A stretch of 64,000 nt of DNA, from NCBI GenBank assembly GCA_028534125.1, contig CM052827.1, positions 30,380,001-30,444,000 on the forward strand, given 5' to 3'. The translations under genes and the position numbers were made by a program. Below are positions 12,891 through 27,789 of the stretch, piece after piece. Under the pieces are notes generated by a model, which had not been told where the DNA came from, did not search any database, and saw only the letters and a program-made list of their open reading frames with translations. Source of the DNA: Lama glama (taxonomy: Eukaryota). How positions within the stretch are numbered: the stretch's first letter is position 1; each line of letters opens with the position of its first letter.

Positions 12891-15800
12891 AGGAGCAAAA
12901 TATCCAAAATCAAGATCTATGATTTACCAAAAACAGCTCTAGATACAGCAAAGTTCATCAACTACTAATAAAAACACATGGAGGATTTTACTTAGGAACT
13001 ACTTAGTCCTATTCGATAAATGTCTGAAAAGATTTCTTGATTTTCAATAAATAGGACATTAAAAGAAGGGAAAAAAGACTTTCAAAAACAGAAAACACTG
13101 GACTCAGCAGCAAGACATCAAGGCAATCTGTCCATAAAGAAGGAGGCAGAACAAAACCAATCCTAAACAAATAAATAAATACACAAAGACATTCCCCTCC
13201 AGCCCCAAGGAAAAAAATCACAAGGAATCCAAAAGAGGCAGACACCATACACAGAGTTAAGCAGTGCTGGGAAACTGACCATTGTGCATCAGTAGATTCT
13301 CAATCCATGAACCTACTACAGAAGAGTGTAGTAAATAATTGTCATAATTTGACAAAAATACAAAAAAAACCCCTTATTAATAGTATTTATTTTTTAGCAA
13401 TGGAAGGAAAATTCTGAGAAAACAGACATTTCTGCTCTATACATTTTAATGATGAAATTGACAGAAATTACTAACTTGCCCAAGGCCACTAAAACTCATC
13501 AATTGAAAGCTGAGACTTCTAGTTTTCTAATTCCAAACCTATATTCTTTCTTCTGCTTATATAAAATATAAGAAAACATGGAATCCTGATGTAAATTTTA
13601 GATACTTTTTCCACCAGGAATAGCAAAACATTATTTTAATGCTAATGAACAAATTAGGAACTACATAGAATAGTCACTTTAAGTGCAGCCAATTCATTAG
13701 TGGGCATTTCTTTATAAATTATATCATAAGACAGGCACATTCTTCACTTAACAGTGACCTCAACTGACATCACTTGTTTGTGTTAAAAATTATCTAATTG
13801 TGAAGGAAAAGGGTGCTGGACTTTGGTTCAGTCCTATTCAGACTCTGTCCCTCACTTTAGGAGGGGTGGGGTAATTGTCTACTTTCCGGGACTTAAAGTC
13901 TCTCCCTTCTCCTGACTTCCAACATGACCACCTTTTGAAAATGACAGGATAGTGCAGGACACAGTATTGGCTTTATAGATGTACCATGTCAACACTTTTT
14001 GTGATTAAAATGAGGAGCTGAAACTAGATATTCCCTAGAGCTAGAGATTCAAAATGGGAAGACCACGTTGCATCTAATCAGCCACACTTATGAGAGCAAA
14101 TTGCTGTTCTAAGCCGTGGCCATGAATCTGTAGAAATTCACTCACTTAAGAGGAACATTCTGAAAGTTTGTTGCAATAGTCTATGTAATATAATTTGGAG
14201 CTTCAAATACAACTTTTCATTGAAATATCACTAAAGGGTTAAGGAGGAAGTGGTATGAAATGAAATTTCCAACCATTTCAACTTCATTTTTGGCACTGCC
14301 TTCTGAACCTTGCATTTTATTTCTTCCTATATTGAGTGACTTTTCAAGTGGTCCTGCTGTGAGCCAGTAGAATTACTAAGAGGTTTCTGATTTCATAGCT
14401 ATTTTTTATTATATTTGGAAGCTAGTCTTAAGTAGAGCTAAAACTCCAGGGCCACTATTTTAGAGTAGTAAAGATTGACATCTAAATTATGATCTAAGGA
14501 GAGTACCAAGCCACAGCTTCATGGAATGTAGAAAGAAGCAAAAAAGTGGATTTGTCTCTGGAAATGTTGTCTATTTGATGTCTCTGAGGAATTTTCGAGC
14601 ATCTTAAATTCCAAATCTCAGCAATGAAATTATAACAGACATTTGGCTTACATCTATTACCCTTAGCTAATTTCTACTTACTCCTTAAATCTAGCTTGAA
14701 ATGTCTCTCTCTTGTCCTGGAGAAAATATGCTGGCAAATGATTTAAGAATCTAAAGCAGACGGAATAGGGATTATGGATGGTCAATGATAAGACATAACA
14801 CAAAAACGATTTGTTGCAAAATGAAAAGAGAAAAGGCACTGGGCATTTTTTTGGATTTAATCCCTGGCTTCATTCACAGGATCAGAAATCTTACATTCTA
14901 TTCAAATCTAAGTAAAATAGTACTCATCTGTTCTATTTTCTGTGTGACTAAAGCCCAGGGAAGTTGGGAGACATGCCTAAGGTCATTTACTAACTTAATG
15001 ATAAGTTAGTATCATTCTCTGTGTCTGCAACAAGTTTCTTCCCACTCTTTCTTCTTATAGTTTCTTTTTATTTATCCTTCAGAATGGAATTTAAATAGTA
15101 CCTCTTAGAATAGCCATCTATAACCACCATCATCCAATATGACACAGATACCCAAATTCTGTATTTTATAGCACCTTGCATGCTCATCTTAGAACTTATA
15201 AAACATAGTAATAGTTTGTTTATTCCTCAATTTAATCTAATAGACAAGTAATCCCACTGAAGGCACAAATAATGCCTTATCCAATATGACAAACCTAATA
15301 CCTACCTTAATAAATAATACGTATTAAGTAACTAGAGAATGGTTGTTGCAGAAAGTGGCATAGCTAGAAATAAGACATGTAACTGCTAAGGCCAGGTATT
15401 TTAGGGGAATGAGGCTAAACTGATAATATGGAGCAATTACTCTAAAACTGAAGTAATAAACTGATGATGAGTTGGTGGCATCACATAGAGGGTTTTTTGG
15501 CCGTGTTAGAAGTTTTGTGTGGCTAACTGTGTTGCCAAAGAGCTATTCATCCTAAGACAATACCCATATTTAGTCTGAAAGAGAAAGACAGAAAGAAGTG
15601 ACTTAAAAGTCTAAGATATCATGCTACTTTCATTGAGCACTGGGGGAAGAGGAAAAAGACATAGAGACTCACTCCCAGCTGGCTGAAATTGGACTGAAAA
15701 AGTAACAAAGCAAGAAAGCAAATGCCTTCCCACCATCACGACCCAAAGTAGTTGTTTAGATTAGCACTTCCCACTTGACTCTCTTATTTTTTGAAGACAG

Positions 15801-16324
15801 TTAGTGATAGAACATTGCCTTGAAATCTACATATATCAAAATTGACTCAAAACACATGATATAAACACTGTAGGACCCTGTGTTGTATTCTGGTTATTTC
15901 CATATAGAGTATCAGCCCTTAATTTGCCATTGTTATTACCAACATCATTAACAAGGAAGGAGTGGAGACACAGAATTCCAAGGATATATCAAGGTATAAA
16001 CACAAATGCATTAGAGAGTACCCCAGATTGTATAAAAATGAGGTTATAAATAAGACTGCACTGCCTACAGCTTGTTCTGAAGAGGTGCTGAGAAGGCTAA
16101 AATGAGAGCAGGAGGGAGCACCTACATCATCAGGACACCTCACAGAGATTCAAATTCACAACTGCTGATTCCCAGCCAGCTGTTCCTCCACAGTGCCCCG
16201 CTAACTGGCATCTTCAAGTGCCGGTGCTACCTTGTAATAGTGTTGTGGGTACGTGCGAAGTCGGGGAACAAGAGTGGGAGAGTCTAGAACGACCAGTGAC
16301 TTCCCTGGCCACAAATCCCACCAA

Positions 16325-16560
16325 TTCAATAGCATTTACACTACATAAAATGTATGGAAACTCCCTAAGCCTAACATACTATAACCTGCACACTTTATCT
16401 CATGTCATCCTGCAGACAGTCTGGGGAGACTGGTTATTATCATCTCTATTTTACAAGGACGCCTATCTCCCAGGCAGGTTAAATGGACTTACTGACTTCA
16501 CAGAACTAACACGGAACAAAGACAGGATTGAAAACCAGGTTTCCACCTTCAAAGCCTTGT
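16325..16560 (-). mobile_element. MIR SINE
   Basis: aatagcatttac...ttatctcatgtcatcct...ttattatcatctctattttacaagga...ggttaaatggacttac...cacagaactaa...aggattgaaaaccaggt. Confidence 0.7.
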
Positions 16561-16913
16561 GATACCAGCCCTGATGCCACCGTTCCTGGCCTCCTCCTGT
16601 TTGCCCTCCCTCCTGCTTGCCTCTTGCAGTGTGACTGTCTTAGGAAATGATAGGGCTCTGAGGGACACAGAATTGTCTTGATTAACAGGGTGAACACACA
16701 GAGTTGTGGGACTAATAGTTTTTGTTGGAGATGGTGTGGGGGCAGCTAGGCTATTGCCACGTTCAGTCTAATTAGAAAATACAATGTCTTCAAGGCTAGT
16801 GCTGCCTTGGTGGCAAAAACGGCTCTGTGTTTCTAATATTTCTTAACTTACTATTGAATTAGACATGGAGAAATAATGTTCTTCCACTCTTCCCCAACTC
16901 AGGTGTCACGGGA

Positions 16914-16953
16914 CACACACACACACACACATATACATACAAACACACACACG
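16914..16953. repeat. Imperfect (CA)n microsatellite
   Basis: cacacacacacacacacatatacatacaaacacacacacgc. Confidence 0.9.
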
Positions 16954-19900
16954 CAACTCACCATTCATGTTCGGGGTCATGTTTGGTGTGTATTCTTTTG
17001 CCAGGTCCAATCTTTAGGCAATGACAGTATTATTGTCCAGGTGCTTTTGCTAACGTTAGGTATTGGGACAAAGAACTGAAATTGTCTTCATTAAAGAAGC
17101 TTCATTTACATATTGCTTCATAGTTCCTCTTAATGCTAATTTATTACTAATTTTGGAGACACTTTTTATTTCTACAGGAGGCTAGCCTGGCCATTCATCC
17201 TTGCCTGGAATATTATAGACTTTTGTCTTTGCCCCTACATAATTGTTAATGCTCATCAGTCCTAAAACTTTTCACTCTCAAAAGTTTCCTGGTTTTGTCT
17301 TCCTAAATCCTAAATACCCAGTACTCTAATGATTGTTAAGCATACCATTGCATTGTTACAGTGTTACTTAATATTGAGTTAAGTAAACTAAATATTGACC
17401 TTGATTAAAGTAGAGACATAATGCAGAGATGAGAATGGTTTCAGAGACAAATACATTCTTTTCTAAGTACCTCTCTGCTCATGAAGGACAAAATAGTATC
17501 CTTCAAGTTGCAAGTTCTCTTTTTTCCAAATCAGCCTGTTAGCAGTATCTCCCTATGTTTCTATGATCTCAATTGTAATATACACTCTTACCCTCTTACT
17601 CCATGTATAATATGGATTATAGCTTTATCCTCTAAGCCTATTATTTGGCAATGTGGCTTGTTATGCATTCAGAAATATTTGGAATATAAAAATTAAACAA
17701 AATAAGCATGTGGATATCAAATGACTACATGTAAAAATGTCTTTGGCACTTTTTTTGCAATTAAAATACTTCTAAATATACCTAACACACTTCTACATCC
17801 AATTAAAAAAAATGTAATTGGTAAAATTTTACTTTATTTTCTATAAATAGGTATTCATTTAGTTTTTACCCTGAGGGTGTACAATTACAACTGGTTTTTA
17901 TATATTGTCATAGTTCATAAAATATGCCCTTTCATTTAACATATTAGAGCTTTAACAAAACACAGTTTAAAAATAAACTGATCCATTTTTGTCATATTTT
18001 TTTGAACTATTTTTTTCTTAAACAATATTGCTCCAATCATACACAGACATTTCTGCTGTCAGTATGGAACTTCCATTTTAACTGAGAGTTAATCTCTTTG
18101 TGTTGGTTAAAATGTCCTTTTATTCTTGAAACCTCAGCAAAATGATCTGAAAGCAGAGATGTGGAAATGGGCTTATAAACTGTAAAATCTCTGCCACAAT
18201 CTATCAGTTAAACAGTTTATTATTTTATAATGAAAAGACACTATCACTAATAGGTCAAACATTCTCTCATCCTCTTGTTATTTTCTTTCTTTCTTTCTTT
18301 TTTTTTTTTTTATGGTAAATACAGTGTTGTTATCTTTAGACAGGATGACAGCTTCAGGCAAGAGATACAACCCCAGGGACTAGCACTTTAATTTAAAAAG
18401 CCAAGAGGAGAAAACACAAGAGGAAATCAGACAAGGCAAGGCTGGAAACAAAAGCTGCATTTATTTCACAATCAAAAGGTGGACAAGGAGCCCCTGCTAA
18501 TCTCAAACCGACTCCAGAGGTTGTACTTTTAATAGCAAAAACAGGGAATAGGAACAAATGACAGAAACCTCTTTAGTGAGGAGCTGAGGACATCAGTGTA
18601 AGACGATACCCAGGAGATTACTTTCTCGAACAGATACGTAAGGGAGAGGCATAGAGTTTTCTGACACTCTGAGTGTAAGAAATTACTTTCTCTTACTTTA
18701 AGAGAAGGTGTTTTTATAAAGGAAAGACAATAGTATGCCTTCCATTCCTCTGTCAATAAGCAAGCATTTCTGAGCTAAACACAGAAGGAAGGCAGTGAGA
18801 TACAAAGACAAAAAATAACATTCTAACTCCAGTTTCCAAAACAGATCATTTGGGGATTAAAAAAAAAAATGCAAAGTTCTTATGCGCCTGAGCTATTAAT
18901 ACTGAACCACGACGTCCTGAAGCATATATATGATAATAATGGCATGTATGATCAAATATAGCCTGTGGTCCCAGTGCCTAGCACAAGCTTGAGAGTTACT
19001 TACTACTTACGCATATTTCTTGAACTAACCCATTGGAAGATATGAGAAGGAAAACTTGGAACACTCTGGGAGTATTTAGGAGGGGCAGGACATTAATCAA
19101 AGGTGGTGATTCTTTTAGTTTAGGCTTAAAGAAGTAAACATTAAAGTGTAGGGGAAAAGGTGATCTGGTTTTAGCAGAGACAAAGCACTATGTGCAGTTA
19201 TGTTAAAGTTGCTCCATGTTTAAGTGTTCATGAAGCAGAACTAGAGAAAAATAATAAACGATGGTGATGAGGAGGAAAATGAAGATGACTATGGTGGTGG
19301 TGGTAACGGTAATGATAACAAAATTCTCAACATTTAAAATTCCTGTTGGCTTCAGGGACTGTGTTAAACTCTTTGCAAAGTTACCAACTCTTCACTGATC
19401 TTTGTAAAAATCCAATAACGTAATGCAATTCCCAGGACAAATTGTCAGTATTTCTTGAAGTCTAGGGGAGAATCTCAGTATAGTTCCAGGAGTTAAAGAA
19501 AATAGCATCTTTCAAATTTGGGGGAAGAAATTATACCAACTCAGTATGGAATATCTGGTTATCTATTTCATGATAATTAAATGTTCTCAATGATGTATGT
19601 GCATGCTTTTAAAAAAAATAAGAATGGAGAAAAATAGACTGATTGAAAATACAGTTCATTTGCTACAAAAAAGTAAAACGTGGGTTGGTAAAAAGGTAAT
19701 AAAAACATCTTCGGTGGTGAAACATTTGCAAAATATAGATTTTATATCTACCTTTTACTTTATAATCTCAGAACTTCAAATGACTTAAGACCTCACAGAT
19801 GAGCATGATGCTAGACCTTAAATTTGCTGACGAGCACCCAAGCCTCCTAACTTCTGAAGTGCACCACCAGCACATACAGTCCTTCTTCTCCTAGTCCTTA

Positions 19901-20219
19901 AATCAATGGCTTATGTGTAGGTCATTGTTCATGAGCTAGTCAAAGAAGTTAATTAATTTTTAGTTGGTATCTAGTCTCCACTTGTGTTATCTTTTGTTAC
20001 AAATTAGCGAATTAACAGAGAGCCCCTGACAAGTATTCAATATCTTTACTTCAAAATCCAGCTCCTCCTTCTCCTCCCTTGCATAATATTGATTCCTTCT
20101 TACTGCAGCCTAGTTCTTAACTATGGGGAAGATTTACGCTGCACTTCTCTGTTACTTTTGACTCACTGCGCCTCAGGAAGACAATGCTAACTAGTGTGAC
20201 TTGCACTTTACTTCAATTA

Positions 20220-23200
20220 ATAATATTTAATATTTAGAGGAGTTAAGAGAAAAACTGAGCAGACAGGACAAACTTCACATATACCTCCTTCCTGTTGGTT
20301 TCCCTCATGACTGACATTTTGCACTAGTGTGCCATATTTGTTAAAATTCATGAGCCAACATCAATGCATTATTATTAAGTAAAATACTTAGTTCACTCTT
20401 TGTGTTGTACATTCTGCAGGTTTTAACATATAAATGATATATATCCACCAATACAAGAGTATACAGAATAGTTCCTCATCACCCTACAAATCCCCTGTGC
20501 TCCATTATTCATTCTTCACTTCCACCAAAACTCTGGCGGCCACTGATCTTTTACTGTCTTGTCTTTTCCAGAATGTCACAGAGTTGGAATCATACATTAT
20601 ACAGTAAGGTTTATTTGTTAGACTGGTTTATTCTACTTAGCAATATTTATTTTAGGTACCTGCATGTCTTTTCATAGCCTGAGAGGTGATTTCTTTTTAT
20701 TACTGAATGATATTCCACTGGATGGATGTTCCACAGTTTATCTGTCCACTTATTGAAGAGTATCTGTATTGTGTTTTCCAGTTTGTGGTAGTTATGAATT
20801 AAAAAAACTATAAACATTTGTGTGCAGGCTTTTCTTTGGACATAGTTTTCAACTAATTTGGGTAAATACCAATAAGCATGGTTGGTGAGTCTTATGTGAA
20901 GACTATGTTTGGCTTTGGAAGAAGCATCCAAACTGTCTTCCAGAGTGGCTGTATCACGGCGCATCCCACCAGCAACGAGTGCACATTCCTCCTGCTCGGT
21001 ACCCCCTCCCCCAGCACTCGCCATTATCAGGTTTTTGGGGAACAGCCATACTAATAGGTGTATAGTGGTATCTTACTGTTTTAATTTGAAATTCCCCAAC
21101 GACTCATGATGTTGAATACTTTGAGCCCTTTTTATATGTTTATTTGCAATCTGTGTATCTTCTTAGATGAGATATATGTTCATACTGTTTTCCTATTTTT
21201 AAACTGGGTTTTAAGAGTCTTTTTTTTTGTATATATATTTTGGATATAAGATCTTTAGAAGACATGGACTAAAATCTTTGTCCAGCTCTTAAACTGAAGA
21301 ATTTCTCCTATTTTTTTTTCAAAATAGAGTTAATATATTTACAGACAGTCCATAATCATTTTGAGTTAATTTTTGCATAAGGTGTGAGATTTAGATTGAG
21401 GTGCATTATTTTGCCTATGGATGGCCAAGTGCTCCAGCATCATTTGTTGAAGAGGCTACCTTTCCTCCACTGAATTACTTCCGTACTTCTGTCAAAATTC
21501 AGATGGACGAATCTGTGTAGGTCTGTTTCTTGGTTCTCTGTTCCATTCCATTGATCTATACGTACTTCCTTTCAACTATACCACAGTCTTGATTACTGCA
21601 GTTACATAACAAGTATTTAAATCAGGCAGACTGGTTTCTCCCACTTCCTCTTTTTCAAAATTGTTTTATCTATTAGAGTTCCTTTGACTTTTTGTATAAA
21701 TTTTAAATAATGAAGCTATATCTACAAAAGTTTTGCTGAAACATTTATAGGAATTGCTCTTAGCCTATAAATCAATTTGGGGAGAAATGACACCTTTACT
21801 ACACTGAGTCTTCCAACTCATTAATGTAGTATACCTCTTTATTTAATTAAATCTTTTAAATTTCTTTTACTAGCATCTTGTACCTCTCAATAACAAAGTC
21901 CTGTTCACATTTTGCTGTATTTACAACTAAGTATTTCATTTTTTGAGAAACTATAAATAGCATTGTGTCTTTAATTCTGGTACACTTATCTTCATTGCTA
22001 TGGAAATATAATTGTTATATGTGTATTTATCTTGTATCATTGTACCTTACTAACCCGACTTATTTCTAAAGATTGTTTTGGAGATTCCTTGGGATTTTCT
22101 ATGCACACAGTCATGTCATCCATGAATACAGTAAGAATTACTTCTGTCTTTCTAATCAACATAACTTTTATTCCCCTCTCTTGCTTGTTGCACTGGCTAG
22201 ACCTTCCAGCACTATGCTGAATTAGAGTGCTTAGAGAAGACATCCTGCCTTGTTCCTGAACATCATGAGGTATGACGCTAGTTGTAGCATTTTGCAGCTG
22301 CTGTTTATCAAACTGAGGAAGTTCCCCCTCTATCTAATTTTCTGAGATTTTTATTATGAATGTGTGTTGAATTTTGTCAAATGTTTTTTCTAAACTGTTT
22401 AGTATTATCATGTTTTTTTTTCTTTTTTAGTCTGTTAACACAGTGGATTTCTTTGATTAATTTTTTAATATTGAACTGAACATGCATCACATAAATCCCC
22501 CTTGATCATTGTGTAAATTCTTTTCGTATACTTCTACATTCTATTTTTTATTGGTTAGTTAAATATTTTTCCATCTATATTATTAAGAGACATTGATCTA
22601 TAATTTTCTTATCTTGTACTGTGTTTGTCCATGTTTTTTATTAGAGTGACACTAGCTTCATCAAATGAATTGGAAATTGGTCTCTTCCACTTTCTAAATT
22701 GGTGCTAATTTTTCTTCAACATTTGTTAGAATTCTCTAATGAAACCACCTTGGTGTGGGGATTTCTACATTGGGAGATTTTCATTTTAAAATCAGTTTCT
22801 TTAAGGTTGAGGGCTATTTAAAGTATTTATTTCAATTGAGTGTGTTACGGCAGTTTGAGTTTTTTAAGAAACTGGTCCACTTCATCTAAGTTGTCAGATT
22901 TATGTATACAGACTTTTCAGAGTGTCCTTTTGTGCTCTGCAGGATCAATAATATTATTCCCTGTTATTCCAGATATTGGTCATTTGTATCTATTTTTTTC
23001 TATTTAGCACACTTGTTGGAGATTTGAAATTTTGTTAATTGTTCCCAAAGAATCAGCTCTTTGTTTCACTGATTTTCTCTGTCGATTTTCTGCTTTGATT
23101 TTGGATTTTTTTTTATTATCATTGACTTTGGATTCTTTTTTATTATGTTTTTCCTCTGTTTGCATTTGAGTTTACTTGCTCTTTTTCTTGGCTCTTAAGA

Positions 23201-24450
23201 TGTGAGCTCGATCATTTATTTTAAACTTTTCCTCTTTTCTAATGTATGAATATAATATTATAAATTTCCCCGTCAACAGTGCTTTAGCTATAACCTAAAC
23301 ATTCAAGTGTTGAATTTTCAGTTTCATTCTGTCTGATGTACTTTTTAAATTGCCTTTAAGACTACTACTCGTTTAAAGAATAATTTAAAATTATATTTAG
23401 TTTCCAAATGTTTGGATATTTTCCTGTTGTCATTGTGTTTCAGAAACATGCACTGCATGATTTCAGTTCTTTGAAATTAGTTGTGACTTATTTTACGAAT
23501 CGTGATCTACCTCAGTAAGTGTTTTACAGGTACTTGAAAAGAACGTGTGTTCTGCTGTTGAGTGTTTTATAAATGTCAGCTAGAACCTGTTGCTTACATT
23601 TTTTTTTTCACAAGTTTGTAGCATTTCTGCCTAACTGTTTTATTAATTGAGTTAGGGCTATTTAAACCTCAAATTATCATTGTACATTTGTCTCTTTCTC
23701 CTTCCAGTTCTGTCAGTTTTTGCCTCACCTATTTTGCTATTCTGTTGTTTGCTTCATACACATCTAGAATTGCTATGTGTTTTTGATGGATTAACCTGTT
23801 CATTACATAATGTCATTCTCTGTCTCTGGTGTTTTTTTTTGTAAGTCTGAGGTCTACTTTAACAGATGTTCATATACCTACTGCTTTGATTGGATTAATG
23901 TTTGGATGATATATCTCTTTTCATTCTTTTACTTTCAAATTGCCTATTATGATAGATATGAAGTAAATCTCTTGTACGTAGAAGATAGTTGGGTTTTGTA
24001 TTTTAATCCACTGTGTCAATCTTGTCTTTTAATTGGTGCATTTAGACCATTTTCATTTAATCCAATTATTGATGTGGAGGGCCAATCTATTTGGGGATTC
24101 TATTGCCTCTCTCTTTTTTATTTTTTCTGTCTTCCTTTTCTTGCTTTCTTACGGGTTACTAGTGAATTTTTACAAATTCATTTTGACCTCTCTCTAGTGT
24201 TTATGAGTTTCTCTCTTTGTATTCTTTTAGTGGTTGCTGAAGGTATTACATTATAAAAAATATACATACACACATTTTACAAAAGTCTACTGGTATCATC
24301 ATTTTACCAATTTGAGTGAAGTGTACAAAACCGACCTTCCCTTATGTCTCTTTACACTCCCTGTTTTTAATATAATGTTCTTAAACACTTACTCCACATA
24401 CACTTAGAACCGTATCAAAGTGCTGTACATTTTGCTTCAATTGCTAAAAA
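20220..24450 (-). mobile_element. L1 LINE (L1MC-type), ~4.2 kb decayed copy with ORF2 remnants
   Basis: Minus-strand ORF 22037-22243 (QERGIKVMLIRKTEVILTVFMDDMTVCIENPKES) is the L1 reverse transcriptase segment [31 protein letters not shown]. ORF 20647-21024 (DTATLEDSL) resembles the ORF2 C-terminus. An L1MC-like 3' UTR lies at ~20220-20700. Many stops and frameshifts. Confidence 0.92.
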
Positions 24451-27324
24451 TAGGCTATACATATTTATCAGTATGTGAAAATGCACAGTCATTTATTTTT
24501 CTGAAAAATAAAACCTCGGAAATAGTATGTTAAACTTTATGAATGTTGATGGCATCCCGGCATACCTTTTCAGTCAGTCTTCTGTAAACTGAAATTAACA
24601 TGATGAATATAGGCCCATTATACTGACTCGTACTTTTAAAAAGTTGTCACTGGATGATGCATTCTCTTATTTTCAGTTGTATCCAGAGACCACTTTATAT
24701 GTTTTAAACTTTCTTCCATTCTCCACTTTGCCTTTCATATTATCAGAAATAATTTAATAGCAGATCGCCTATACTTTTATTCTACCATTGAAGAATCTGA
24801 GTGCTAACAGCTTGTGAATGATGGATGTGCAGCACATAACCCAGGTTCCTGTGAGGGAGAGTTTAAAATCCATCACTTCATAATGTCCCCATGTTGACAG
24901 AAATTCTCTAACAGAAAATGGAAAAAGAAGTGTCAGCTATAACACTGAATCCTTGATGGGCAACCCTGTGAGCCATGGGCAGGTGTGTGGGGGGGTAAGT
25001 GTCACTGTCATATCATTCATAGATCTTATGCTTTGTTTAGGACACATTTGCCACACAATAGACAGGCGAGGAAATAGTGTATCAATAAAGATTTAAAGTT
25101 TTTAAAAAATGATAGTTGTGTCATGAACAGAGGCTAAAGAAAAGAGAAGCAATGTCTGCTGAACGGTTACCTAAGCTGAGTACAGAGACCGCCACTTCAC
25201 AGAGCTTGCCCTCTGTTCCCTTCTTTGCAACCAGCCTCAGAACGGTCTGTCACCCCCTCCTCATAGAAAAGGAAACCGAGACCCAGAGATACGAGTCAAT
25301 TTCCCCGGAGAATATATATATATATTTATTTATTTACATATACTATTTTAATCCCCAAGTAGTTCCTCTCCACGACGCATGCAGCACACAAAGCTGTGAT
25401 AAGAAAAGTAAATTACCTCCTTAAGAGTTGCTGCTTCACAAGCATATTTGGGGACCCACAGCATGAACAACATTCCAGAAAAAATTCAAAGAACGAATTC
25501 AGAGCATTCATACTGGGACATTCTTCCTTGACTAGGAAAAACCAGCTCTGAGTCTTAAGAAGATTTTAAGATTGTAACAGGAAGGAATACAGGAAGATAT
25601 TGAAACTAGATAAAACACCATGAATATAAGCCTGCAGGTAAAAATAATTGAATAATAGCAGAAACCACCAACACGTATTGGACACTTACCATGGCTGTCT
25701 CTCTTAATCTTCACAACAAGAAAAACAGGAATTCTCTACATTTTATGAATACAATAAGGGCATCTGAGAAGATCAAAAAGCAACTAAGTGACAGGTCCAG
25801 GTTTTAACACAGTACTGGATGGTCCTGCCACAGGTGTCTGGCCTTAGCTGAGGGTTTGCTAAGGTGACAGTAAGAACTTTAATGGTAATTGAGATCACTA
25901 TCAAATTACATTCTTGATTGCATTCTAACAGGATTAGATACCATTCTCCAGGTAGTGAGGTGTTTCTTACGGTGTTTGGAAATGCTGTGACATTGTCAAA
26001 GATATATCTGGTGACCATATGAAGCCTTGATTTTAGTAGCAAGTTCCTGAACACAGGAAATGAAGTTAGGAGAATACTAGAGTAATTTGGATGACTGCAA
26101 GAAAGAATCTGCCCGAAAGTGGGATTACTGGTCAAGGAAAGGAAAAATGACTATGGGGAATGCTTTGCATGAAAATGAGTTGGATAGAATACTATCCTCA
26201 AAAGGACAGGAGAGCAGAAAAAAGGACAGGGAAAGCTGCCTGTTTCACCTTTCATGTCATATTTCTTTCCAATGAATTAACAAATTAAATAAGAAAGTTA
26301 ACATTTCAAAAGTGGTAGAAATGTGGCAAAGCGCATAGCCTCACAAAGCTGATGGATTTACTCACATAAATGTAGTTTGGATATATTTGGTAATTATTTC
26401 AAATTGTATGAAAGGGATGTAATATTAACATGATGGAATGCTTCATAAAAGTCATGAAATCTCTGATATTTTATTAAACACAGTGCACTAAAATTCCAAA
26501 TAAATATATAGTAGTTATTAGGGTTAGTAATAAAATCTGATTATTTTTATAATATATGTTGATTTCAGCAATATCGATTTTGCCTTATTTATATTAGGTT
26601 ATTGAAGCTATACATTACTTACACTGGTTACTGTTCTTTTTGGCATATTTATACCTTTTCTTCTAGTTAGATAATTGGCTTTATTTTTATTATACCACAT
26701 TCTCATGGTGAACTTTTTTCTTGACGGTTGGCTTTATTTTATCATGTATTATCCACCAAGGGGCATTAAATTAGTTCTTGAAATCTAGCTGATGGAAAGG
26801 GGAGCAGCTGTTGGCAAAAGCAAAAACATGTATTTTTCTTATATTCTATGTAGCTTCTTGTATGTTCCTTTTTCATATTCAGAGTCGACTAACATTAGCC
26901 GAATGCATACTTTGTGCTTCCGTAACAGGGCACACTCAGACAGACACGTCAACATTTGCCCAGTAACAAGAACCTTGAAATCAGCCTTTTTTGAGGGGAT
27001 ACAGTTGAGGGCAGTAAATCCAGGACAAATTTGGGAGCCAATTAAAGAAAAGTAGAGAATGGTAGAGCTCACACCCTAGTGTGGGAATGAAGGTCTTTCT
27101 CTTCATGTTCTATTACTCAACATTACAATGCAGTGCAAGCTACCAAATGTTACCCAGTGTGGTTCTGAAATGAACTTACAATTTCCTCCATAGAATTGAT
27201 GAATGTTGACAGACACACTTGGTTAAGAGAAAGAAATGTGTCTGTGCTTGATACGTGTTATTTTCTTCTTAAGCTATTTAGACCCTGCTGATCTTTAATT
27301 TCCCTGACTCTGCTCTTGTCTTTC

Positions 27325-27328
<4 letters not shown>

Positions 27329-27376
<48 letters not shown>
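27329..27376. repeat. (TG)n microsatellite, ~23 units
   Basis: Pure gt run. Confidence 0.98.
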
Positions 27377-27378
<2 letters not shown>

Positions 27379-27789
27379 TATAGTTCTGGACCAGGGCCAT
27401 TAACTCCGGATATATTGAAGAAACCTGTTGTAGGTAATGTTACAGATTCGTAAATCTACAGACCTATGCACAGATCTTCATAATTCTCTGAATTCCTCTT
27501 TTGTGGCACTGACTGTCAGTATAATTACATTTGTCTATTGGACATTTCTCTCTAGACTATGAGTTTCATGATGACAAGGGCCTTGATCATCTGGTTTATC
27601 TTTGCCTTTCAGCACCCAAAGCAGTGACATATAGTTTGTCTTAAAACACACAGTTTAAGGAAAGCGATGTATACAATATTGAAAAAATGCTAAAATATTC
27701 AAGAGTTTTGTTCATTTGTTTGTTTTTTGGTATTTATCAATAACGTTGCTCCATTTAGGGGCAATCTACTTTTCATACTTTTAATCTTA

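Noticed and set aside
23810-24256. 148-aa hydrophobic ORF
   Set aside because: It is the antisense strand of the A-rich L1; T-rich codons mimic a membrane protein.
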